From Vicinamibacterales bacterium (GTDB lineage: Bacteria; Acidobacteriota; Vicinamibacteria; Vicinamibacterales; 2-12-FULL-66-21), in the NCBI GenBank assembly GCA_035250005.1, contig DATFFM010000073.1, forward strand, positions 3,215-67,214: 64,000 nt of DNA, in the 5' to 3' direction. Shown one piece after another: positions 25,010 through 34,320 of this stretch (the first letter of the stretch is position 1; each line of letters opens with the position of its first letter). A program made the translations under genes and the position numbers. The notes below the pieces were generated by a model. That model was not told the origin of the DNA, did not search any database, and was given only the letters and a program-made list of their open reading frames with translations.

Positions 25010-27502
25010 CTATTCCTCCCGCAGCGCCACCATCGGGTCCAGCCGTGACGCGCGCAGAGCGGGCAGGCCGCACGCGATGGCCGCGACCACGAGGAAGCCG
25101 GCGGCCATCGCGGCAAAGGTTGCGGGATCGGTCGGCTCGACGCCGACCAGCATGGTGCGCAGGACGCCGGTCAGCAGCAGCGCCGCCGCCACGCCCAGGA
25201 CGATGCCGGCGGCGCTCAGCCGCAGGCCCTGTACGACCATCATTCGGAAGATGCGCCCGTGCTCGGCGCCGAACGCCATGCGGACGCCGATCTCCGCTGT
25301 CCGTTGCCGCACCGTCGTCGAGAGGACGCTGTAGAGACCGACGGCCGCGAGCAACAGCGCGACGCCGGCAAAGATCGCGATCAGCACGAGCGTGAACTTC
25401 GTCTGTGCCCGCGCCCCGGCCACGTACGCCATCATCGGCTGCACTTCGATCGCCCCGGTCCGCGGATTCAGCTCGCTCACCAGCGCCCGGACGGCGCCGG
25501 CCAGTGCCGACGGATCACCGGACGCTCGTACCGCCCACCGGTTCGCCGGGCCATGGTTGAAGTAGCCGTCCGCGACAAACATGGCCTCACGCCCATCTCT
25601 CGCGAGCGACGCGTGACGCTGGTGGTCGACGACGCCGATGACCTCGTAGCGCTGCGGCTCCTGCGTGTTGATCCGGGCGACGATCGTTTTGCCGACGGCG
25701 CTCTGCCCCGGATACGCCTTGGCCGCAAGCAGCCGATCGATGATCAGGTACCGTGAGTCGGGCCGGTTATCCGCCTCGGTGTACTCCCGTCCTTCGATGA
25801 TCCGCGTGCGCATCGCCGTGAAGTATCCCGGCAGCACCACGTGCGTCGTCGCCTGCCCGAACTTCGACGGATCGCTGAGGGCCGCTTCCGTCCCCCAGCG
25901 GGCATTCGCCTCGCGTCCGTCCAGCGGGAGCGGGTTCGCCGCCGTCGCGTCGATGACACCGGGCATCGCCTTGAGCCGCTCGCGCATGTTGCGCATGAAT
26001 GCCTGACGCGCAGCAGGGTCCGGCAGGCGAAGGTTCGGAGTCGAGAACGTCAGGACGCCGCGAGGGTCGTAGCCCGGCTCGGCACGCTGCAGGGCGACGA
26101 AGCTGCGGATCATCAGGCCGGCGCCCACCAACAGGACGAACGACAGAGCGACTTCGGCCGTCACGACCGCCGCCCGCACCCAGCCGCCGGCCGACAGGTT
26201 GCCGGACCGGCCGGCCCTCCGCAGCAGATCCATGACGTCGGGGCTGGAGGCACGGACCGCGGGCACGAGGCCGAACAGCACGACCGACAGGAGCCCGGCC
26301 ACCGCGGCGAACGACACGACCGTCGGATCCACGCCGACGTCGCCGAGCCGCGGGAGATTCTCCGGTCCGAGCGCCACCAGCACGCGCACGCCGGCCCACG
26401 CGAACAGCAGGCCGACGCCGATCGCGGCGGCGCCGAGGAGCAGGCTCTCGGTCAACAGCTGCCTGAGCAGTCGACCACGCGTCCCCCCGAGCGCCGCGCG
26501 GACGGCGAGCTCGCGCTCACGGGCGGCGGCGCGAACGAGCAGGAGGTTGGCGACGTTGGCGCACGCAATCAGCAGCACGAACGTCACCGCACCCATGAGC
26601 GCCAGGATCACGGGACGAACCTCGCGAACGAGGTCTTCGTGCATCGGCTCGATCCGGAAGTTCATGCCGGCCGTGTGCTTGATCGGGAACCGCGAGCGCA
26701 GGTCGGCCGCCAGGGCATCGACTTCCCGCTGCGCCGATGCGATCGTCGCGTCGTCTCTCAGGCGCGCGATCACGCGGAGGAAAACGTTGATGCGCGAGCC
26801 GGCGGCAAAATCCAGGGTGAGCGGCGTCCAGACATCCGGCGCCGGCTCCACGTTGATGTCCGGCGGGTACAGCAGCTCGAAACCGGGTTCGAGCACGCCG
26901 ATGACCTCGAACGGCTGCTCGCCGAGGCGCACCACCGTCCCGACCACGGCCGGATCGCCGCCGAATCGGCGCTGCCAGAACGCGTGGCTGATGATGGTCC
27001 GCGGCGGCGGCGGAGGGGTTGCTGCAGCTGCGGGCGCCCCCTGTGGGCCGGTTTGCTGGGGCGGGGGTGGCGTGCCGTCGGCATCGCTGAAGTCGGATCC
27101 GACTGCCATCCGTGCACCGAGCACCCGGAAAAGGTTCGGCGTCGCGCCGCCGGTGCTGACCTGCTCGGCCTCGGATCGCCCCGGCGTCACGAAGACCTGC
27201 CGGCCCGTGACCAGTGCGGCAGTCCCCGAGAACGACTGCGCGGTGGTCCGCAAGTCGTGGAAGTCTGCCGGAGGCCAGGGAAAGTCCTCGACGTTGCGGG
27301 CCCGCATGTCGTTGGCGATGTGGACCAGACGCTCGGGCCGCTCGTACGGCAACGGCCGCAGCAGCACGGCATGGACGACGCTGAAAATCGCCGCCGCGAC
27401 ACCGATGCCTAGCCCGAGAGTGAGAATGGCAGTCAGGGTGAAGGCGGGCTTCTTGACGAACATCCGCAGGGCGTAACCGATGTCGCCGAGGAAGGTGCGC
27501 AT
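25010..27502 (-). CDS. ADOP-like duplicated permease (paralog 5, no prefix)
   Basis: Start ATG 27502: MRTFLGDIGYALRMFVKKPAFTLTAILTLGLGIGVAAAIFS. Two FtsX modules (ERELAVRAALGG, TAEIGVRMAFGA). C-terminal PALRASRLDPMVALREE. Confidence 0.9.
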   Translation of the reverse strand: MRTFLGDIGYALRMFVKKPAFTLTAILTLGLGIGVAAAIFSVVHAVLLRPLPYERPERLVHIANDMRARNVEDFPWPPADFHDLRTTAQSFSGTAALVTGRQVFVTPGRSEAEQVSTGGATPNLFRVLGARMAVGSDFSDADGTPPPPQQTGPQGAPAAAATPPPPPRTIISHAFWQRRFGGDPAVVGTVVRLGEQPFEVIGVLEPGFELLYPPDINVEPAPDVWTPLTLDFAAGSRINVFLRVIARLRDDATIASAQREVDALAADLRSRFPIKHTAGMNFRIEPMHEDLVREVRPVILALMGAVTFVLLIACANVANLLLVRAAARERELAVRAALGGTRGRLLRQLLTESLLLGAAAIGVGLLFAWAGVRVLVALGPENLPRLGDVGVDPTVVSFAAVAGLLSVVLFGLVPAVRASSPDVMDLLRRAGRSGNLSAGGWVRAAVVTAEVALSFVLLVGAGLMIRSFVALQRAEPGYDPRGVLTFSTPNLRLPDPAARQAFMRNMRERLKAMPGVIDATAANPLPLDGREANARWGTEAALSDPSKFGQATTHVVLPGYFTAMRTRIIEGREYTEADNRPDSRYLIIDRLLAAKAYPGQSAVGKTIVARINTQEPQRYEVIGVVDHQRHASLARDGREAMFVADGYFNHGPANRWAVRASGDPSALAGAVRALVSELNPRTGAIEVQPMMAYVAGARAQTKFTLVLIAIFAGVALLLAAVGLYSVLSTTVRQRTAEIGVRMAFGAEHGRIFRMMVVQGLRLSAAGIVLGVAAALLLTGVLRTMLVGVEPTDPATFAAMAAGFLVVAAIACGLPALRASRLDPMVALREE

Positions 27503-27536
27503 GGTCCGATTTGACACCTTGGTCCGATCTTTGACA
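27503..27536 (-). promoter_or_regulatory. direct repeat GGTCCGAT(n)TTGACA x2 abutting the start codon of permease paralog 5
   Basis: ggtccgatttgaca (27503-27516), cctt, ggtccgatctttgaca (27521-27536). On the coding strand this reads TGTCAAAgATCGGACC-AAGG-TGTCAAATCGGACC-ATG. Confidence 0.35.
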
Positions 27537-27583
27537 AGCGCGTTGGGACGAAACGGACGCCGGGCGGGCACGTCGGACGTGAC

Positions 27584-29980
27584 TCATCGAATCTGCCGGA
27601 CGCGGAGCGCGTCCATGGCCCAGACGCCGCGGCCGTACGTCGAGATCACGATCACGTTGTCGCGCGGATGCACCACGAGGTCCGACACCTGCGTCGAGGG
27701 CAGGTTGCCGCCCAGCACCTGCCACCGCTTCCCGCCGTCGGTGGTGATGAACGCCCCGAAGTCGTTACCCACGTAAAGCGTGTTCGGGTTGGACGGATCC
27801 TCGCGGATCACGTTCACCGGACCGGCGGGAATGTCGCCGGTGATGCTCGTGAAGGTCTTCCCGCCGTCTGTGGACCTGTAGATGTAGGCCGCGAAGTCAT
27901 CGTCTTCGCGGCCGCGCTGGGTGATGTAGACCGTATTGTCGGCATGCTGCGACGGGACGACGCGCGAATACCACTTGCGCGACGGAACACGCGAGGTCAG
28001 ATCCGTCCATGTCTTTCCGGCGTCGGTCGTCACGTGCAGCCTGCCGTCGTCCGTCCCGGCGTAGATCAACCCCTTCACCCGGGTTGATTCCTCGAGCGTG
28101 GTGATGGTCTGGTACGGGATCTCGCTGGAGCTCTTCGGCAGCATCTGCGCCGGGTCGTTCGCGGTGAGGTCGGGGCTGATCTTCTCCCAGGTATCTCCCC
28201 GGTTCGTGGACCGGAAGACGAACTGGTAGCCGAGGTACACGGTGTTCGGATCGTGCGGCGAGAGCACCACCGGCGCCATCCACTGGGCGCGCAATCCGTC
28301 CTCCTTCGGCCTGATGCTGGCCGTGCGTCGTGGCGCGTCCGGCGGCGGTTGCGGCGCCGGCTGGCCGGCCTCTCCCCGGCGCGCGCGCGGAGGCGGAGGC
28401 ACGCTGAGATCGGTCCGCGTGAAGTTGCCGTAGAAACCGTGCGAATACACCAGGTTCGGATTCTTCGGGTCGACGGCGTGATGTGATCCTTCGCCGCCAA
28501 TGCCCGGTTGAGACTCCCACGCGACGGCGGGTATCCGGTCGCGCTGGCTCAAATCCACTCTGCCGCGGCGGCTGCCGATGTCCTGAATCGAGCCGTAGGC
28601 CCAGGCCGGCGCGCTCTGATCGACGACGATGTTGTAGAACTGGGCGCCGCCGGCCGCGACGGCGAACTTCCAGGTCTTGCCCCCATCCGCACTCGAATAG
28701 AAGCCGCCGTCGTTCGCGCTGTAGATCACCTGCGTGTTGGCGGGATCGATCCACAGCCCGTGGTGGTCGCTGTGAATGGTCCGCGAGTTTGCGAACGCGG
28801 CGAAGGTCTTGCCGCCATCCTTTGACACATTGAGGCCGATGCCGAGGCTGAAGACGGTGTTCTCGTCGGCCGGGTCGACGCGGATCTGTCCAAAAACCCA
28901 GCCGTAGGTGCCCGAGTGGCGCGTCATGAACTCATTCGAGTCGCTGACCTTTCGCCAGGTCGCGCCGGCGTCCTCGGTACGGTAGATCTCGGCCGCCTTG
29001 ATGCGCGCTTCGTAGATCAACCGGTCATAGGCATCCTGCTCGCCTTCCTGCGGCGGGCGGCCGGGCTCGTAATTGTCGACGAAGGCATAAAGCACTTTGG
29101 GGTTCGACCGGGCGATGTCGATGCCGATCCGGCCGCGGTGTTCGGGCGCCGGCAGGCCCGCGCTCGCCTCCGTCCATGTCTTACCGCCGTCGGTCGTCTT
29201 GAAGACGCCCCCCTCGTTGTAACCGGGCTCCACCCGCGGATCGCTCCACTTGCGCCGAATGCGCTGCCACATGGAGACGTAGAGAACCTCGGGATTCGAC
29301 GGGTCCATCACCATGTCCCAGGCGCCCGTGCGCGGGCTCTTGTAGAAGATCCTGTTCCAGGTCCGGCCGCCGTCGGTGGTCTTGAAGACGCCCCGATTCT
29401 CGTTGTCGGTCCATTCGTGGCCCGACGCGGCGACGTACACGATCTCGGGACTGGTGGGGTGCACCAGAATCCGGCCGATAGTTTGCGTGTCGGTCAGCCC
29501 CATGTGCGTGAAGGTCCGGCCGCCGTCCGTGGATTTGTAGAGGCCGACACCGGCCATCGACGCGCGAAAGATGTTCGCTTCGCCGGTCCCGACCCAGAGA
29601 GTGTCGGGGCTGGACGGGGCCACGGCGATGTCGCCGATGCTCGTGGACGGCATGTGGTCGAAAATGGCCTGCCAGGTCGTGCCGTCATCGTCTGTCTTCC
29701 AGAGGCCGCTCGTCGCATACGCTGCGTAGATCCTGCGGCCGGACGGCCGATCGGCGACGGCAATGTCGGTGGCGCGGCCGCTGATGTTCGTAGGCCCGAG
29801 GTACTGCCATGGAACCTGGCGGTACTGCGACGACTGCGCCATCGACCGGTAGGTCTCGTACGCCTTGCGCAGGAACTCGGCGTCGGCTTTGGCCGGCGCC
29901 TGCGCGCCAAGCCCGGCAACGAGCCCGGCTGCCACCGCCGTCAGAACCAGATAACGAGCCATCACGAGCTTCGATCGCAT
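27584..29980 (-). CDS. BNR/Asp-box repeat beta-propeller protein (sortilin/VPS10-like glycosidase-like exoprotein)
   Basis: 798 aa with signal peptide. At least 10 Asp-box motifs (TDDDGTTW, STDGGRTF, TTDGGRTW, TTDGGKTW, TEDAGATW, SKDGGKTF, SADGGKTW, TTDAGKTW, STDGGKTF, TTDGGKRW). Confidence 0.85.
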   Translation of the reverse strand: MRSKLVMARYLVLTAVAAGLVAGLGAQAPAKADAEFLRKAYETYRSMAQSSQYRQVPWQYLGPTNISGRATDIAVADRPSGRRIYAAYATSGLWKTDDDGTTWQAIFDHMPSTSIGDIAVAPSSPDTLWVGTGEANIFRASMAGVGLYKSTDGGRTFTHMGLTDTQTIGRILVHPTSPEIVYVAASGHEWTDNENRGVFKTTDGGRTWNRIFYKSPRTGAWDMVMDPSNPEVLYVSMWQRIRRKWSDPRVEPGYNEGGVFKTTDGGKTWTEASAGLPAPEHRGRIGIDIARSNPKVLYAFVDNYEPGRPPQEGEQDAYDRLIYEARIKAAEIYRTEDAGATWRKVSDSNEFMTRHSGTYGWVFGQIRVDPADENTVFSLGIGLNVSKDGGKTFAAFANSRTIHSDHHGLWIDPANTQVIYSANDGGFYSSADGGKTWKFAVAAGGAQFYNIVVDQSAPAWAYGSIQDIGSRRGRVDLSQRDRIPAVAWESQPGIGGEGSHHAVDPKNPNLVYSHGFYGNFTRTDLSVPPPPRARRGEAGQPAPQPPPDAPRRTASIRPKEDGLRAQWMAPVVLSPHDPNTVYLGYQFVFRSTNRGDTWEKISPDLTANDPAQMLPKSSSEIPYQTITTLEESTRVKGLIYAGTDDGRLHVTTDAGKTWTDLTSRVPSRKWYSRVVPSQHADNTVYITQRGREDDDFAAYIYRSTDGGKTFTSITGDIPAGPVNVIREDPSNPNTLYVGNDFGAFITTDGGKRWQVLGGNLPSTQVSDLVVHPRDNVIVISTYGRGVWAMDALRVRQIR

Positions 29981-30034
29981 TCACCCTCCCGGCGAGTAGA
30001 TACAAGAGCCGATCTTATCAAGCATGCTTATGGA

Positions 30035-30673
30035 ATGATCCGGCTCGCGGTCTTCGATCTCGACGGAACGCTCGTGGACTCGAGGCGCGACCTGGCCGAT
30101 GCTGCGAACGCGCTCGTGATCGAGCTCGGTGGCGCGGCGATTCCGGAACGCGCGATCGGCGACATGGTAGGCGAAGGCGCGGCCGTCCTCGTTCGGCGCG
30201 TGCTCACGGAAGCAGGCCTGAAAGCAGACGTCCACGACGCGCTCCCGCGCTTTCTCGCGCTCTACGACGCCCGCCTCTTCGATCACACCCGTCCGTACGA
30301 TGGCATCGTCGAGACGCTCGAAACGCTGCGGGCGCGGCTGCCGCTGGCCGTCCTCACGAACAAGCCGCAGGCGGCGACCGACCGGATGCTCGAAGGCCTC
30401 GGCCTCGCCCGATTCTTCCGGGCTGCGATCGGTGGGGATACCGCACTGGGACGCAAACCGGATCCGGCGGGCCTGATCGAGCTCGCCGGTCGCGCCGGAG
30501 TCGATGCCGGATCGACCGTTCTCGTCGGGGACTCCCCGATCGACCTCGAGACCGCGCGCAGGGCCGGCACCCGGGTCGTCATCGCCCGCTATGGCTTCGG
30601 TTATCGGGACGTCGAGCTGCGCTCGGGGGAGGTCGGGATCGCGGATCCTCGGGCACTGGCCGACCTTTTCTGA
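30035..30673 (+). CDS. gph: HAD-superfamily phosphatase, phosphoglycolate phosphatase-like
   Basis: MIRLAVFDLDGTLVDS (DxDGT motif I), LAVLTNK (motif II), GRKPDP, VLVGDSPIDLETARRAG (motif IV). ATG 30035 lies inside ORF 28916..30673. Confidence 0.8.
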   Translation: MIRLAVFDLDGTLVDSRRDLADAANALVIELGGAAIPERAIGDMVGEGAAVLVRRVLTEAGLKADVHDALPRFLALYDARLFDHTRPYDGIVETLETLRARLPLAVLTNKPQAATDRMLEGLGLARFFRAAIGGDTALGRKPDPAGLIELAGRAGVDAGSTVLVGDSPIDLETARRAGTRVVIARYGFGYRDVELRSGEVGIADPRALADLF

Positions 30674-30692
30674 CGGCGCGCGAGCCCGGCCA

Positions 30693-32228
30693 TCACCGTT
30701 CGTACGATTCGCGGCGTGCGGACGGCGACTGCTTGATCAGGAACCGGTCCGGCGCCTCCCAGAACGCGCGGCGCAGACCGGCAAGGCTGTCGGCGCCGCC
30801 GTAGCTGATCGACGAGCACAGGTGTTTGATCATCTCGCGCAGGATCGTGCGCGCGGATCCCCGGGCCGGCACGCTGATCTCCATCCCCTCGGCGCCGATG
30901 GCCTCGAGCTCGACGCGGTCGGCGTCCTCCACATCCAGCCGGTCGCGAATCGCTTCGAGCGACGCCATGCCACGCAGCACCTTGAACGGAACCTTCACGG
31001 TCTTCTGCGATTCGGCAATCAGCACCGACTTGTGGACGACTTCGCCGGGCGCCTCTTCGGTACCAGCGAAAGCGCTGCCGAGCATCGCACAATCGCCGCC
31101 AAGCACCAGCGCCTGCGCCAGCGCGCCGTGGCGCTTGATGCCGCCATCGGCGATCACGCCGACCTTCGAGCCCGCGATGGCCATCCGGCACTCCACCAGC
31201 GCCTGGACCTGAGGCACGCCAAAGCTCGTCGTGATCCGGGTCGTGCAGCCGCCGCCGGGGCCGATCCCGACCTTGATGCCGTCGGCACCGAGGTCGATCA
31301 GAAAGCGTGCACCTTCCGCGGTCGCGACGTTACCGGCGATCAGCTCGAAATCCCCGATCCGCTTGCGAAACTCCTCGATCGCGCGCTGCATGACCGCGGA
31401 ATGCCCGTGCGCGATGTCGATCACCAGAACGTCCACCTCCGCACGAATCAGCTCTGCCGCCCGCTCGAGGTAGTCGCCGGTGGCGCCGATGGCGGCGCCG
31501 ACCATCAGGCGTCCCTGCCCGTCGCGGGTTGCAAACGGCAGCTGCTTCTGACGCGCGATGTCTTTCGCGGTGATCAGACCAATCAGCCGGCCGTCGTCAT
31601 CCACGAGCGGCAATTTCTTGATCTTCCGCTCGACCATCACGCGCTCCGCGTCGTCCAGCGCCAGCGCCCCGCGATGAACGATGAGCGCGTCGAGGGGCGT
31701 CATCCGCTCCGCCACGCGCGCGTTCGCTCGCTCGACGAATCGCATGTCGCGCTGGGTGAGGAGCCCCTTCAACCTGCCCGCGCCATCGACGACGACGAGC
31801 GTGCCGACGCGGGATCGATTCATGAGGGCGGCCGCTTCGTCGAGCGGGGCCTCGGGCGCAACCGAGTAGGGATCGCCGATGACGCCGTGCTGCGCACGCT
31901 TGACCTTCTCGACCTCGCGCACCTGCGGCTCGATCTCCCCGGGCCGGAAGCCGCGATCGATGATGCCGATGCCCCCTTCTTCCGCCTGCACGATCGCCAT
32001 CGGCGCCCGCGTGACGGTGTCCATGTTCGCGGAGACGATCGGGCGGTTCAGCGCGATCCGCCGCGAGAGCCGGCACGAAAGGTCGATCACCGACGGATCA
32101 CGCCGAAAGACGATGCTCCGCTGTGGCGCGAAGATGAAGTCGTCGAACGTGCAGCCGCGCGTGAGCTCGAGCAGAGCGCGGGCCGACTTCTCGCTGAGCA
32201 CTGGAAACCCGGCCGCATCCTTCGCCAT
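30693..32228 (-). CDS. guaB: IMP dehydrogenase family protein with CBS pair
   Basis: [18 protein letters not shown], two CBS-like segments, [14 protein letters not shown] catalytic-Cys loop, [25 protein letters not shown] 32228 preferred over the TTG at 32234. Confidence 0.75.
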   Translation of the reverse strand: MAKDAAGFPVLSEKSARALLELTRGCTFDDFIFAPQRSIVFRRDPSVIDLSCRLSRRIALNRPIVSANMDTVTRAPMAIVQAEEGGIGIIDRGFRPGEIEPQVREVEKVKRAQHGVIGDPYSVAPEAPLDEAAALMNRSRVGTLVVVDGAGRLKGLLTQRDMRFVERANARVAERMTPLDALIVHRGALALDDAERVMVERKIKKLPLVDDDGRLIGLITAKDIARQKQLPFATRDGQGRLMVGAAIGATGDYLERAAELIRAEVDVLVIDIAHGHSAVMQRAIEEFRKRIGDFELIAGNVATAEGARFLIDLGADGIKVGIGPGGGCTTRITTSFGVPQVQALVECRMAIAGSKVGVIADGGIKRHGALAQALVLGGDCAMLGSAFAGTEEAPGEVVHKSVLIAESQKTVKVPFKVLRGMASLEAIRDRLDVEDADRVELEAIGAEGMEISVPARGSARTILREMIKHLCSSISYGGADSLAGLRRAFWEAPDRFLIKQSPSARRESYER

Positions 32229-32285
32229 GACCAATCATGTTACTTCCGCTGGAGCTGTTGGACTGTGTTGACCCGGTGACGAGCC

Positions 32286-32924
32286 GTGGCTGAAGATGCA
32301 GTGGTGCCGCTCAAGGACCTCGAACGAACGCTCCGCGTGAAACTCGCCGAAACGCTCCCCGGCGTCGAGGCGCAGATGCGGTTCGCGCCGGCGCTTGCGG
32401 GCACGGGATGGAGGGCCGGGCACTTCCCCGAGGATTCGCGCGCCGCCGCAGCCCTGCTGTTGATCTATCCAGGGGCCGCCGGCCCGGCGATTCCGCTGAC
32501 CGTGCGCGCGAGCGGCCTCGCGCGTCACGCGGGTCAGATCAGCCTGCCGGGCGGCGCCGTGGATCCGGGTGAGACCCTGGCCGAAGCGGCCCTGCGCGAG
32601 GCGCATGAAGAGATCGGGATCCACCCGTCAAGCGTGCAGATCCTTGGCGAGCTCACGCCCGTCCACGTGCTGGTCAGCGGCTTCACGCTTCACCCGGTCG
32701 TGGGCGTATCGCACAGCCGCCCTTCGTTCGAGCCCGCCGCAGGTGAGGTCGCCGAGATCCTCGAACTGTCGCTCGACCATATCCGGGACGCATCGAGCAT
32801 CCGGCGCGGGACGCGCCTCCGGGAAGGCGTGGCCGTCGAGTATCCGTATTTCGACCTTTTCGGCCACCAGGTCTGGGGGGCCACGGCGATGGTCCTGGGA
32901 GAGTTTGTGTGTCTGATCGGTTGA
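32286..32924 (+). CDS. NUDIX hydrolase (CoA pyrophosphatase-like)
   Basis: Nudix box LPGGAVDPGETLAEAALREAHEEIGI. GTG start. 212 aa. Confidence 0.8.
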   Translation: MAEDAVVPLKDLERTLRVKLAETLPGVEAQMRFAPALAGTGWRAGHFPEDSRAAAALLLIYPGAAGPAIPLTVRASGLARHAGQISLPGGAVDPGETLAEAALREAHEEIGIHPSSVQILGELTPVHVLVSGFTLHPVVGVSHSRPSFEPAAGEVAEILELSLDHIRDASSIRRGTRLREGVAVEYPYFDLFGHQVWGATAMVLGEFVCLIG

Positions 32925-32970
32925 TCGGTCGATCAGCCGATCGGTCGATCAGCCGATCACCCGATCACCC
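32915..32970. repeat. octamer tandem array: seven GATC sites at exact 8-nt spacing
   Basis: GATCGGTT GATCGGTC GATCAGCC GATCGGTC GATCAGCC GATCACCC GATCACCC. GATC begins at 32915, 923, 931, 939, 947, 955 and 963. The array spans both convergent stop codons (32922-24 and 32965-67) and contains nested palindromes (TGATCGgtCGATCA, CCGATCGG). Confidence 0.85.
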
Positions 32971-34320
32971 GGTCTTGCGTACTGCAAAGAGGTGCTTGTC
33001 GCCCCTGATGTAGATCGTGTCGTGCGCGAACGCCAGCGACGCCCACACGGGCTCGCCAACCGAGTTGGTGTGCAGGACTTCGTGCCTGGGTCCCGCCTTG
33101 ATCACGAACGTGTCCCCCTCCTCGCTGGTCTGAAGGATCCGGTCTCCAAACGCCACGAGAGATGACCGGAACGTCGCGGCAACAGGTGGCCGCCCGCCTT
33201 CGTAGACGACGACGCCGGTCTTCGCGTCGAGGCACGTCAGGATGCCGCCGTCGCTCATGAGGTACAGATAGTCGCCGTAGAGGATGGGTGACGCCGTATA
33301 GGCGGTGCCCTTCTGGTATCGCCACACGACCCGGTCGGTGCCGGTGATATCCCCCTCACCGCCGGGCCGGATCGCCAGTGCGCGCTTGGCGGCGCTCCCG
33401 GCACTCAAATAGACCAGGCCATGGCCGGCGACTGCGCTGGGAATAGGGTGGCTCTGGACGCCCGGTGCGCGCCACAACTCTTTTCCGGTTCTCGGGTCGT
33501 ACGCCGCCACATGCTCGGCCCCGGAGGCAATCAACTCGGTCCGCGATCCCGCCCGCACGATCAGCGGCGTCGCCCAGCTTCGCCTCGTCGTCCGCTCCGT
33601 CCGCCACACCTGTTTACCGGTCTTTCGATCGAGCGCGACGATCGCCGACCCGGCGCCCATCTCCTGATCGCACTGCAGGATCAGCAGGTCTTCCCAGATG
33701 ACCGGCGACGTGCCGGGCCCCATGCCGGCCTTCGCGATGTTGCCGACCGAGGCCTTCCACACAGGCTTGCCGCTGAACTCGTACGCATAGATGCCGGCGG
33801 CTTCGAAGAACGCGTAGAGCACCTTGCCGTCCGTGGCCACTGTGGACGATGCGTAGGTGTTGCTCCTGTGACGGTTGTCGTACATCAGGCCGTCGTACGC
33901 GGTCTGCTGCCACAGCAGCTTGCCGGTGCGCGAGTCGTACGCCAGCACCTTCAGGGTGTGCCTGTAGTCGACCGCTTCGCTGTCGGGATGCAGGTATCCC
34001 GGCTTCAGGTTGAAATCAAGATGATCCGGAGCGGTGTGGCCGGGAACGTGCGCCCCCTTGATGGACGTCGTAAGAAACAGGTAGTTGCCCCAGATGACCG
34101 GGGACGAATGGCCGCGGCCTTCGACCGGAACCTTCCAGGCGATGTTCTTGTCAGGGGACCACTCCGCGGGGTACGAAGTGGCCTTCGCGATGCCGAGCCC
34201 GTCCGGGCCGCGCCACTGCGGCCAGTTGTCATCGGACGCGGCCGAGGAAGGCAGCGAGGCGATCGCCACGACGCCCGCGGCCGCAAGTATGGCTGAGAGG
34301 GCCCGCTCCCGACTGATCAT
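32965..34320 (-). CDS. PQQ-like beta-propeller repeat protein (BamB-like fold), secreted
   Basis: MISRERALSAILAAAGVVAIASLPSSAA signal, then DDNWPQWRGPDGLG and repeated blade motifs. Start at ATG 34320, with 34335 as an alternative. The rest of ORF 32965..34755 was rejected. Confidence 0.8.
   Translation of the reverse strand: MISRERALSAILAAAGVVAIASLPSSAASDDNWPQWRGPDGLGIAKATSYPAEWSPDKNIAWKVPVEGRGHSSPVIWGNYLFLTTSIKGAHVPGHTAPDHLDFNLKPGYLHPDSEAVDYRHTLKVLAYDSRTGKLLWQQTAYDGLMYDNRHRSNTYASSTVATDGKVLYAFFEAAGIYAYEFSGKPVWKASVGNIAKAGMGPGTSPVIWEDLLILQCDQEMGAGSAIVALDRKTGKQVWRTERTTRRSWATPLIVRAGSRTELIASGAEHVAAYDPRTGKELWRAPGVQSHPIPSAVAGHGLVYLSAGSAAKRALAIRPGGEGDITGTDRVVWRYQKGTAYTASPILYGDYLYLMSDGGILTCLDAKTGVVVYEGGRPPVAATFRSSLVAFGDRILQTSEEGDTFVIKAGPRHEVLHTNSVGEPVWASLAFAHDTIYIRGDKHLFAVRKTG

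Noticed and set aside
27541-27583. Possible terminator hairpin after the BNR gene (GACG...CGTC followed by cgtttcg on the minus strand).
   Set aside because: The stem is only 4-5 bp with a long loop and no clean U-tract, so it is not convincing.
30020-30029. 10-nt perfect palindrome AAGCATGCTT in the divergent region between the BNR gene and gph.
   Set aside because: It is short, single-copy and has no adjacent regulator gene. A palindrome this short and unsupported cannot be distinguished from chance, so it is not reported as a site.
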